DNA of 64,000 nt from an uncultured Alphaproteobacteria bacterium. Its GTDB lineage: Bacteria; Pseudomonadota; Alphaproteobacteria; RF32; CAG-239. The notes under the pieces were generated by a model. That model was not told where the DNA came from. It saw nothing but the letters and a program-made list of their open reading frames with translations, and searched no databases. The stretch is from the NCBI GenBank assembly GCA_944391395.1, contig CALXTI010000003.1, forward strand, positions 35,843 through 99,842, given 5' to 3'. This document shows positions 40,439 to 49,175 of this stretch, piece after piece. A program made the position numbers and the translations under genes. Positions within the stretch are counted from its first letter, which is position 1. Each line of letters begins with the position of its first letter.

Positions 40439-41247
40439 TGTGTACGTTGCAGCTTATCTGGCTTGCTATTGTTCAGGGATTGACTGAATTTTTACCGGTG
40501 AGCTCTTCCGGACATCTGATTTTGTTTGCCGAATTTACCGATTTTCCCGATCAGGGGATTGCTGTGGATATTGCCTTGCACATCGGTTCGCTTTTTGCGG
40601 TGCTGATATATTTCCATAAAACGATTTGGCGGATGATTTGCGGTGTTTGTAAAAACAAACTGCTGCCGGATTTTTCCGATGACGGCAATCGCTTGGCGTA
40701 TTTGATTGCGATTGCTTCCGTACCGGCGCTGATTGCCGGTTTTATGCTGCGCAACTATGGTATGGAATGGCTGCGCAATCCGAAAATCATCGGCTGGACA
40801 ATCTTGTTGTACGGACTATTGTTGTATGCGGCGGATCGTTATGGAAAAGTTACGCGGAAGATGACGGATTTGAAAATTAAAGACGCTTTATTTATCGGTT
40901 TGGCGCAGTGTCTGGCATTAATCCCCGGCACCAGCCGTTCGGGCGTAACCATCACCATGGCGCGCTTTTTGGGTGTCGACCGCAGCGAAGCGGCAAAATT
41001 TTCCATGCTGTTGTCGGTGTTGACTATTGCCGCCGCCGGTGCTTTGGAGTGTTTCCGTTTGTTCCGCCGCGGTAATCCGACGGAAATTTTGTGGGCGGCC
41101 GATGCGGCGTTGTATTCTTTCATGGCATCATTTTTGGTGATTTTTGTGATGCTGAAATGGCTGCAAAAAGCGACTTATCTGCCGTTTGTTGTTTATAGGG
41201 TTATTTTGGGTATCGCTTTAATCCTGTATTCTTATGAAATTTTTTAA
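40438..41247 (+). CDS. uppP: undecaprenyl-diphosphatase
   Basis: BacA family with 8 TM, SSSGH and PGTSRSG motifs. Confidence 0.85.
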   Translation: MCTLQLIWLAIVQGLTEFLPVSSSGHLILFAEFTDFPDQGIAVDIALHIGSLFAVLIYFHKTIWRMICGVCKNKLLPDFSDDGNRLAYLIAIASVPALIAGFMLRNYGMEWLRNPKIIGWTILLYGLLLYAADRYGKVTRKMTDLKIKDALFIGLAQCLALIPGTSRSGVTITMARFLGVDRSEAAKFSMLLSVLTIAAAGALECFRLFRRGNPTEILWAADAALYSFMASFLVIFVMLKWLQKATYLPFVVYRVILGIALILYSYEIF

Positions 41248-41295
41248 AAGAAAAGGTTGACTTCTTAAAAAAAACTTTTTATTAAAATAAGCAAT

Positions 41296-41382
41296 GCTCT
41301 GATGGCGGAATTGGTAGACGCGTAAGTTTCAGGTACTTATGGGAGCTTTCCCGTGAAGGTTCAAGTCCTTTTCAGAGCACCA
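41296..41382 (+). tRNA. tRNA-Leu (anticodon CAG)
   Basis: Acceptor gctctga/tcagagc; anticodon loop ttCAGgt; long variable arm; encoded CCA. Confidence 0.85.
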
Positions 41383-41383
41383 T

Positions 41384-41418
41384 ATTAAAAAAAGCCCTAT
41401 GATGGGCTTTTTTTAATA
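41384..41418. repeat. 35-bp direct repeat, left copy (attaaaaaaagccctatgatgggctttttttaata), containing a palindromic terminator hairpin
   Basis: Exact copy at 43087..43121; the pair brackets the ATPase cassette. Confidence 0.8.
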
Positions 41419-41855
41419 GTCTTGCTTCGTAAGTTTCGCTTGGCACAAGCTCAACAACTTCGCTTCGGTCATGGTACTTCCTATTCTCATCTCGGTTGCT
41501 TCTCGCTTCCCTTATTCGCGGGGAAATTCTATCTACCATACTAAAAAAAGCAACGATATTGAAAGTCAAGTATAAAAATCGCGCAAACAATCTCCTTAAT
41601 CTCCGCAATTTTTTGCAGAGATTACAAGATGATGCAATAACTGATATATCATGCGTAATCTATAAAATTTCACCTATGAGGAAATTTGTGAAATTCTTAT
41701 TTCATTTTAGAAAATTGCCAATATTAGGTATTTTCTAAAACAGAAAGGATAAAATTCCGACCATTTTAGCACCGGGTGATAAATTTGTCATATTTTTTCT
41801 TGACCTCTTCCCGATTTTCGACTATTTTAATATTAGATGATAAATTAGTCGGAGT

Positions 41856-43079
41856 TTGCAAATGTATATTAAAAGAACCATTGAAAACGCCATAAAGCGG
41901 ATGAATTCTTCCTTTCCTGTTGTGTTAATTACAGGACCAAGACAAGTTGGTAAAACGACAGTATTTAGATGTTGTGATGAGAAACGTAATTATGTTTCTT
42001 TGGATACATTGGAAAACCGTAAGCTGGCAAAAGAGAATCCTGCCTTATTTTTACAACGTTTTGAAACACCGTTATTGATTGATGAAATCCAATATGCTCC
42101 CGAACTTTTGCCATATATTAAAGCTATTGCAGATGAGAAAAAGCAAAAAGGAATGTTTTGGATTACAGGGTCGCAGCAATTTCATTTAATGCAAGGTGTG
42201 TCGGAAAGTCTTGCCGGGAGGGTTGGAATCCTTAATTTAGAAGGTTTTTCTTTACCAGAATTGGCAGGGAAACCCTTTTATGACAAATTTGTTCCTACTC
42301 CAGAATGGGTTTTGACAAGAAGTAAGGAAGCCCAAAGTTTAGATTTAAAGGAGCTTTATAAGATTATTTGGCGAGGTTCTTACCCTGCTTTGAATAATGA
42401 TGCAAATGTTGATTGGGAAGACTTTTACAGTTCTTATGTTCAGACGTATATTGAACGTGATATTCGTGATTTGACTGATAGTGGTGACGAGATGCAGTTT
42501 TTAGGGCTTTTAACGGCGTTGGCTGCCAGAAGCGGACAATTACTGAATTTTTCGGATGTTGCACGAGATATAGGAAAACCCGTATCAACAGTTCAACGTT
42601 GGGTGTCTATCTTGCAGACATCCGGGTTGATTTATTTATTGTATCCGTTTTCTAAAAATATTAGCAACCGGATGACCAAAATGCCCAAAATATATTTTAT
42701 GGATACCGGGCTGGTGTGTTATTTAACTAAATGGAACACCCCTGAAACATTGGAAGTTGGTGCTAAAAGTGGTGAAATTTTGGAAACATTTGTTGTTGCC
42801 GAAATATTGAAAAGCTACCTTCATAACGGAAGAAAACCTAACATTTCTTTCTATCGTGACAAAGATAAAAAAGAGATAGATATTATTTTGGAAGAAAATG
42901 GAAAGATTTATCCTATTGAGATAAAGAAAAAAACTAATCCGGATAAGAAAGATATAAAAAATTTTGATGTTTTACAAAAAGCAGGACTGCAAATCGGAGA
43001 GGGAGCCGTTATCTGTTTAGCTCAAACCCACTTGCCTTTAACCGAAAATGTAAACATTGTTCCCGTCTTTTATTTATAA
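41856..43079 (+). CDS. AAA+ ATPase with C-terminal DUF4143 (restriction-endonuclease-like fold) domain, COG1373-type
   Basis: Walker A ITGPRQVGKTT, Walker B LLIDEIQ; 407 aa; lower GC than its surroundings. Confidence 0.75.
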   Translation: MQMYIKRTIENAIKRMNSSFPVVLITGPRQVGKTTVFRCCDEKRNYVSLDTLENRKLAKENPALFLQRFETPLLIDEIQYAPELLPYIKAIADEKKQKGMFWITGSQQFHLMQGVSESLAGRVGILNLEGFSLPELAGKPFYDKFVPTPEWVLTRSKEAQSLDLKELYKIIWRGSYPALNNDANVDWEDFYSSYVQTYIERDIRDLTDSGDEMQFLGLLTALAARSGQLLNFSDVARDIGKPVSTVQRWVSILQTSGLIYLLYPFSKNISNRMTKMPKIYFMDTGLVCYLTKWNTPETLEVGAKSGEILETFVVAEILKSYLHNGRKPNISFYRDKDKKEIDIILEENGKIYPIEIKKKTNPDKKDIKNFDVLQKAGLQIGEGAVICLAQTHLPLTENVNIVPVFYL

Positions 43080-43086
43080 CTCACAC

Positions 43087-43121
43087 ATTAAAAAAAGCCC
43101 TATGATGGGCTTTTTTTAATA
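43087..43121. repeat. 35-bp direct repeat, right copy
   Basis: Identical to 41384..41418; abuts the 3' end of tRNA-Val(CAC). Confidence 0.8.
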
Positions 43122-43198
43122 TGGTGGGTATGACAAGACTCGAACTTGTGACCTCTGCGATGTGAACGCAGCGCTCTAACCAACTGAGCTACACACCC
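43122..43198 (-). tRNA. tRNA-Val (anticodon CAC)
   Basis: Reverse complement gggtgtgtagctcag..; anticodon loop ttCACat; encoded CCA. Confidence 0.8.
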
Positions 43199-43245
43199 TT
43201 GAAACAAGGGTTCTAACAAAGAACCGGCCTGATGCCGGTTTGAAT

Positions 43246-43322
<77 letters not shown>

Positions 43323-43456
43323 GAAAGTAGTTGATTAACTAACACACCAAAATAAATTTGGCAAGCCCTTTTTTATTGTTTTTAAAACTTTTTTATTTTT
43401 TATAAAAATTTAAGACTTCTGTTCTATAATTTTAAGTCAATTGAAAGGATAAAACA

Positions 43457-44338
43457 TTGTCTGAAAAGCATTGCGATTTTAATATAGATTACAAGCAAAT
43501 ATCTGTTTATCAAGAAGGAGGAACCGCCAATACGCAATATCCGGTTGTCGTTACCGTGCCGCATGCCGGAAGATATTTTCCCGAGGAATTTTTAAAAAGC
43601 ACGTCTTTAACCGAAAAACAATTACGCGGCAATGAAGATTTGTTCGTCGATGAGCTGGTCAATCCGCTGGCAAAATGCGGGATTGCTGTATTAAGCATGA
43701 ATGTGGCGCGAGCCTTTATAGATGTTAATCGTGATAAAATCGAGCTCGATTCTAAGATGTTTTATGATTATCCCGAGGATAAAATTGCGATAGAAAACAA
43801 CCGTTGCCGTTTCGGTTTGGGGCTTATTCATCGCATCAATGTTGAAAATCTGCCCATTTACGACGGCTTGCTTTCATATCGTGAAGTACAGGAACGAATT
43901 AAAAACATTTACGATGTATATCACCATCGCTTGCAGCAGCTTATTGCGAAATGCGTCAAAAAGTTTGGGTTTTGTTGCGTTTTGGATTGTCATTCCATGC
44001 CTTCCAAAATTTGTAGGATTATTCCGGACAGCCCGCATATAGATTTTTGCCTGGGCGATTTGTTTTCGCAAAGTTGTCCGCCCGAATATACGGTGTTTAT
44101 GCAAAATTCTTTGGCGGCTTGCGGTTACAACGTAACAACCAACGTCCCTTATTCCGGAGCTTTTACGACATTTAATTATTGCCAACCACGGAAGAAAATT
44201 TATACGTTGCAAATTGAGGTCAATCGCGAAATTTATGCAGATGAATCTTCCTTGAATAAAAACGATAATTTTCAACAAGTTAGCAACGATATGACGTCTT
44301 CGATACAATCATTTGCAAAAAAAATGCTGGATTTTTAA
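43457..44338 (+). CDS. N-formylglutamate amidohydrolase family protein
   Basis: VVVTVPHAGRYFPEEF and downstream His/Glu pattern typical of the FGase family; TTG start with AAGGA. Confidence 0.55.
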   Translation: MSEKHCDFNIDYKQISVYQEGGTANTQYPVVVTVPHAGRYFPEEFLKSTSLTEKQLRGNEDLFVDELVNPLAKCGIAVLSMNVARAFIDVNRDKIELDSKMFYDYPEDKIAIENNRCRFGLGLIHRINVENLPIYDGLLSYREVQERIKNIYDVYHHRLQQLIAKCVKKFGFCCVLDCHSMPSKICRIIPDSPHIDFCLGDLFSQSCPPEYTVFMQNSLAACGYNVTTNVPYSGAFTTFNYCQPRKKIYTLQIEVNREIYADESSLNKNDNFQQVSNDMTSSIQSFAKKMLDF

Positions 44339-44523
44339 AAAATTTTGTGTTATCTAACTACAAAATTTGATTTTCATTAATAGTTTTTTAATGAAAATTA
44401 AGGTTTGTTTAACACCTTTCCTTAAGCCTTCCGCGGCATATGGCGCTATGGTTCGTAGGGTGGAAATTTCAAAAGAAGGGAAACCCTTTGCTTAAGGTTG
44501 GGAATATGGGATAATTTTTTACT

Positions 44524-45135
44524 GTGCTGAGAAAAATACTTTTTTTATTGGTTATTTCTTTAGTCATTGTCCATCCTCTTAAAGCGCAAAAAGAATACGA
44601 AAACGAAGTTTCCGGTCAGGTTAAGGCCAAAGCTTCTGAGCTGTGTTCGCTTTCTGCTGCCAGAATGGAAGAAAAATACGACATAAAAGAACATTTGCTG
44701 CAAACAATTTCAAGCGTTGAAACCGGTCGTTGGGACGATCGTCGGCATGAATTCGTTTCCTGGCCCTGGACAATCAACGCCAACGGCAAAGGTTACCATT
44801 TTAAGACCAAAGAAGAAGCGATTGCCAAAGTCAAACAGTTGCAGGGCAGGGGCGTCAAAAGCATTGATGTCGGCTGCATGCAAATCAGTTTGAAATATCA
44901 CGGTAAAGCCTTTAAGAACCTTGAAGAAGCTTTTGATCCGGATACCAATGTGGAATACAGCGCCAAGTTTTTGACCAAGCTGTATAAACATCGGGGAGAT
45001 TGGCAAAAAGCAGCCATGGCCTATCATTCAAAAATTCCTTCCCGTGGGTTAAAATACAAAAAACGGCTTTTATCCCGCTTTGAACAAATTAAAGTTGCGG
45101 TTTTGGACACTACCAGCCAAGCGACTTTGTTTTAA
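44524..45135 (+). CDS. small periplasmic lytic transglycosylase (SLT domain, IagB/IpgF-like)
   Basis: Signal peptide; ISSVETGRW catalytic Glu context; DVGCMQIS. Confidence 0.6.
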   Translation: MLRKILFLLVISLVIVHPLKAQKEYENEVSGQVKAKASELCSLSAARMEEKYDIKEHLLQTISSVETGRWDDRRHEFVSWPWTINANGKGYHFKTKEEAIAKVKQLQGRGVKSIDVGCMQISLKYHGKAFKNLEEAFDPDTNVEYSAKFLTKLYKHRGDWQKAAMAYHSKIPSRGLKYKKRLLSRFEQIKVAVLDTTSQATLF

Positions 45136-45146
45136 GGCCGAATACG

Positions 45147-45878
45147 ATGCAAAAAGGGGAAAAAGAATATCAGATTCGGACATATGAATGCGATAAAAAC
45201 AGCAACTTGCGTGTTTTAACGCTGATGAATATATTGCAGGATATGGCCGATTCGCATGCATCTTCCATCGGCCTTGGACTGGAGTTTTGTTTGCGTAAAG
45301 GTTTTGCCTGGGTTGGTTCAAATTACCATATCAAGATTGAACGTCTGCCCATGCTGCATGAAAATATCCGCGTCGTAACCTGGCCTTCTGCCGAAAAAAA
45401 GCTCGGCGCCGTGCGTGATTTTGTTGTTTATGACGCAAGCGGCAACATCATTATCACCGCATCCAGCCAGTGGATTTTAATTGATTTTGTTCGCAAACGT
45501 CCGATTTCATTAAAAGAAAATTTACCGGAATATACAGTTATTCCCGAACGCGCGCTGGAAACGGATTTTCCGAAACTGCCCGAGCCGGAACGTGCGGATT
45601 GTCAGCGTCGTTTTTTGGTACGTTTTGACGATATTGATATTAATCGCCATGTCAACAACGCCGTTTATCCGCTTTGGGCGACCGAAGCCGTCGATCATGA
45701 TTTTCGCGACAATCACGTTCCGTGCGAACTTGAAATAGCGTTTAAAAAAGAGGGGCATTTGGGAGAAGACGTGGATATAACGACTGAGCTTGAAGGCCAA
45801 ACAAGCCTGCATTCCGTTACCGCTTTAAGCGACGGCCGCGAGCTGGCGCGCTTAAGAATAAAATGGAAAAATCTATAA
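45147..45878 (+). CDS. acyl-ACP thioesterase (hotdog fold)
   Basis: 243 aa; tandem hotdog pattern; YQIRTYECD..NINRHVNNAVY. Confidence 0.55.
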   Translation: MQKGEKEYQIRTYECDKNSNLRVLTLMNILQDMADSHASSIGLGLEFCLRKGFAWVGSNYHIKIERLPMLHENIRVVTWPSAEKKLGAVRDFVVYDASGNIIITASSQWILIDFVRKRPISLKENLPEYTVIPERALETDFPKLPEPERADCQRRFLVRFDDIDINRHVNNAVYPLWATEAVDHDFRDNHVPCELEIAFKKEGHLGEDVDITTELEGQTSLHSVTALSDGRELARLRIKWKNL

Positions 45879-45931
45879 AAAAACGCACGATTATTCCATC
45901 TTTAAAAAACGGAATATATCGTGCGAAATCT

Positions 45932-46267
45932 TTAATCCAGAGCATCCAGAGCATCCAGATGCTGGCTGTAAATTTGCCACTCTTTACGTTCGGCTTTTTC
46001 CTGTAAAAAGGAAACATCTTCCGGATAATCGCGCCAGTTATTGTCAACTCGGTCTTGCAACCATTCTTTCAAGCACTTTTGATGAACTTTAGGCAGTTTA
46101 AAGACCATTTGTTTGAAGCGGTTTACTCGTGGCTGGTCATCTTTTAGAACGGCAACCGCAGGCGGCAGTTTGTCGTTTAACGTGGTCCACAATTCTTTTC
46201 CTTTGGCGATTCTCAGGTCTTTTTTTGCCAATCCGGATAAAATCAAAATTTCAATAAAAATTTTCAT
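45932..46267 (-). CDS. hypothetical protein (111 aa)
   Basis: ORF only. Confidence 0.4.
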   Translation of the reverse strand: MKIFIEILILSGLAKKDLRIAKGKELWTTLNDKLPPAVAVLKDDQPRVNRFKQMVFKLPKVHQKCLKEWLQDRVDNNWRDYPEDVSFLQEKAERKEWQIYSQHLDALDALD

Positions 46268-46317
46268 AATGCTTGTTTTAAAAATTCATTTCATGAAAAA
46301 CATAACAAAAATCATTT

Positions 46318-47307
46318 TTAAAGTAAAGTTTTTTGCCACACCTTTTTCATCAGGGTTGACATCGGATAGTTTGTTATATCGGCCGGTTTTATGAAAAATC
46401 CGTCGCCAACGGTTTCGGTTCGCAACTCATAAATTTGCAGGCGCATCTTTATATGCGTGAATATGTGCGTAACGACCAAACCGCCGTCACGTGCATCGGC
46501 AAACAACGGTGTTTCACTCCAAGGGAACTCGTACAAACCGGAAAGCAACCCTTTTTCTTTACGCTTACGAATCAGAATATCGCCGTTTTTATTGCGAATA
46601 ATATAAACAATGCCGTTGATTTCTTTTTTGGAAACTTTTAGCCGCGACGGAATTTTTTCGATATCTTCCCGTCCGATGGATAAGCACGATTTATTAAACG
46701 GACAAAGCAAACACTGCGGCTTTTTTGGGGTGCAAATAAGCGCGCCCAAATCCATGATGGCGGAGGCGTAATCGGCGGGATTTTTTTTATCGGTCAAAAT
46801 TTCGGCCTTTTGACGAACTAATGGCAAAATTTCTTCAATCGGTTGAGTCAGATGATACATACGGCAAATAATGCGAATGACATTGCCGTCCACGACGGTT
46901 TCCGGCAAATTAAACGCCAATGCCGCAAAACTTGCCGCCGTATACGGACCGAAGCCTTTTAGTTTTAATATTTGATTTTTTTGCTGTGGAAACTTCCCGC
47001 CATATTCCCGAACGATTTTTTGTGCCGTAGCATGCAACGAACGGGCGCGTGCATAATATCCAAGCCCTTGCCAACAAGCGTAAACATCTTCCAAAGAAGC
47101 GGCCGAAAGCGATTCGATTGTCGGAAAACGTTTCATAAAACGTGTAAAATAAGGCAAAACCGATTTGACGGTTGTTTGTTGCAGCATAATTTCCGAAACA
47201 AACACCGCATATGGATTCGGATGAGGACCGCCTTTAACTCTCCAGGGAAGATTGCGTCCGTTTGCGGCATACCAAGTCAACAATTTTTTTGATAAATCAT
47301 TATTCAT
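46318..47307 (-). CDS. mutY: A/G-specific adenine DNA glycosylase
   Basis: HhH-GPD motif, 4Fe-4S Cys cluster (CTPKKPQCLLCP), C-terminal NUDIX-like domain. Confidence 0.8.
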   Translation of the reverse strand: MNNDLSKKLLTWYAANGRNLPWRVKGGPHPNPYAVFVSEIMLQQTTVKSVLPYFTRFMKRFPTIESLSAASLEDVYACWQGLGYYARARSLHATAQKIVREYGGKFPQQKNQILKLKGFGPYTAASFAALAFNLPETVVDGNVIRIICRMYHLTQPIEEILPLVRQKAEILTDKKNPADYASAIMDLGALICTPKKPQCLLCPFNKSCLSIGREDIEKIPSRLKVSKKEINGIVYIIRNKNGDILIRKRKEKGLLSGLYEFPWSETPLFADARDGGLVVTHIFTHIKMRLQIYELRTETVGDGFFIKPADITNYPMSTLMKKVWQKTLL

Positions 47308-47441
47308 GTCAAAAGGTTTAGAACAAAAAACACAAGCCGGCAAGCTTTTTCAGGAAAAAATATAAGGCGGATTTTGTATTTTTTGGGGCAGACTTGACTT
47401 TACGCGTATGCTCGGTTAATTTAAGCGCAAAGGAAAGATGA

Positions 47442-48407
47442 ATGAAAAAATTTTTGATTTTATGCTTGTTGGGAAGTTTGGCCGTTTTGACGGCGGCATT
47501 TTGGTTTGTTGATGGTGTACGACGGCCGCTTGCCTTAAAAGAGCCGCTGACAATTGAGCTAATGCCTGGAAGCGGTGCTCGAGCTTTGTCGTCGGCTTTG
47601 ACCGAGCGTGGTGTTGTCAAACATCCTCTTTGGGTGCGTTTGTGTGCTAAAATCTACGGCTACGAAAACAAATTGAAGGCCGGAGAGTATCGTTTGGAAG
47701 CAGGAATGTCGCTTTTGGACGTGTTGGAAAAAATTTCCGACGGTAAAGTCGTTTTGCACCGTATCACGCTGCCGGAAGGTCTGACCAGTGTGCAAATGCT
47801 GCAAATCATTGCCGATAATCCTTTGCTGAGCGGCGATATAAACCAAACGGCGGCCGAAGGTGAACTGCTGCCGGAAACTTATGTTTTTCATAAGGGAACT
47901 TCACGCAATCAAATTATTAAAAACGCCAAAGCGGCAATGCAAAAGGCTTTGCACGATGTTTGGCAGAGCAGGGCAGAGGGATTGCCTTACGACACGCCGC
48001 AAGAACTTTTGATTATGGCTTCGATTATTGAAAAAGAAACCGCCGTAAACAGCGAACGCGGCAAAGTATCGTCAGTATTTGTAAACCGGTTGAACAAAGG
48101 TATGCTTTTGCAAACCGATCCGACGGTTATTTATGCTTTGACAATGGGCAAAAAAGATTTGGGGCGGAATTTGTTGCGAAAAGATTTGGCGGTTGATAGT
48201 CCGTATAACACCTATAAAAACACGGGGCTTCCGCCGACGCCGATATGCAATCCGGGTCTGAAAGCTTTGGATGCTGCCGCGCACCCCGAAGATACGCCGT
48301 ATCTTTATTTTGTAGCGGACGGAAAGGGCGGCCATAATTTTGCCGTCAATTTAAACGAACACAACCGCAACGTACAACTCTGGCGGCAAAAACACCGTCG
48401 ACAATAA
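47442..48407 (+). CDS. mltG: endolytic murein transglycosylase MltG (YceG-like)
   Basis: N-terminal TM; YceG domain ending in GLPPTPICNPG. Confidence 0.85.
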   Translation: MKKFLILCLLGSLAVLTAAFWFVDGVRRPLALKEPLTIELMPGSGARALSSALTERGVVKHPLWVRLCAKIYGYENKLKAGEYRLEAGMSLLDVLEKISDGKVVLHRITLPEGLTSVQMLQIIADNPLLSGDINQTAAEGELLPETYVFHKGTSRNQIIKNAKAAMQKALHDVWQSRAEGLPYDTPQELLIMASIIEKETAVNSERGKVSSVFVNRLNKGMLLQTDPTVIYALTMGKKDLGRNLLRKDLAVDSPYNTYKNTGLPPTPICNPGLKALDAAAHPEDTPYLYFVADGKGGHNFAVNLNEHNRNVQLWRQKHRRQ

Positions 48408-48425
48408 CAAATTTATCAGCAGTTT

Positions 48426-49175
48426 TTACATGGAAAAATTGTCGCCCAGATAAACTTTGCGGACTTCTTTGCTGGCGACAATCTCATCGGGAGTTCCTTC
48501 CATCAGCACCGAACCGCCGTGTAAAATATAAGCACGGTCAATAATATCCAACGTTTCCCGAACGTTATGGTCGGTAATCAAAACACCTAAGCCGCGATTT
48601 TTAAGTTGGGATACCAGAGAACGAATTTCTCCCACCGCAATCGGGTCAATACCTGCCAAAGGCTCATCAAGCAAGATAAAATCAGGATTACTGGCCAATG
48701 CGCGGGCGATTTCCAGACGACGACGTTCGCCGCCGGACAAAGCAATCGCCGGAGATTTTCTTAAATGGGCGATAGAAAACTCATTTAACAATTCTTCCAA
48801 AGTGTTTTCGCGCTTGCTTTCATTTTCCTCAACAATTTCCAAAATCGCCTTAATATTATCCTCAACGCTCAAACTTCTGAAAATGGAAGCTTCCTGTGGA
48901 AGATAGCCGATACCCATGCGGGCGCGACGATACATCGGCATGTTGGTGATATCTTCACCGTTGATATGAACATCGCCGTAATCCGGTGTTATCAACCCGG
49001 TAACACAATAAAAACAAGTGGTTTTACCGGCTCCGTTAGGACCAAGCAAACCAACCGCTTCACCGCGACGAACGTGTAATGACACGTTTTTTAGCACCGC
49101 CCGGTTTTTGTATTTTTTACCGATGTTAAAAATTTCCAAAATCGATTCCTGGCTATTTTTCATCATCTTTTTCAC
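48426..49175 (-). CDS. lptB: LPS export ABC transporter ATP-binding protein
   Basis: Walker A GPNGAGKTT, ABC signature LSGGERRR, Walker B ILLDEP. Confidence 0.9.
   Translation of the reverse strand: MKKMMKNSQESILEIFNIGKKYKNRAVLKNVSLHVRRGEAVGLLGPNGAGKTTCFYCVTGLITPDYGDVHINGEDITNMPMYRRARMGIGYLPQEASIFRSLSVEDNIKAILEIVEENESKRENTLEELLNEFSIAHLRKSPAIALSGGERRRLEIARALASNPDFILLDEPLAGIDPIAVGEIRSLVSQLKNRGLGVLITDHNVRETLDIIDRAYILHGGSVLMEGTPDEIVASKEVRKVYLGDNFSM

Noticed and set aside
41372-41738. 78- and 80-aa ORFs in the AT-rich leader of the ATPase cassette
   Set aside because: Low-complexity translations in AT-rich non-coding DNA; no RBS.
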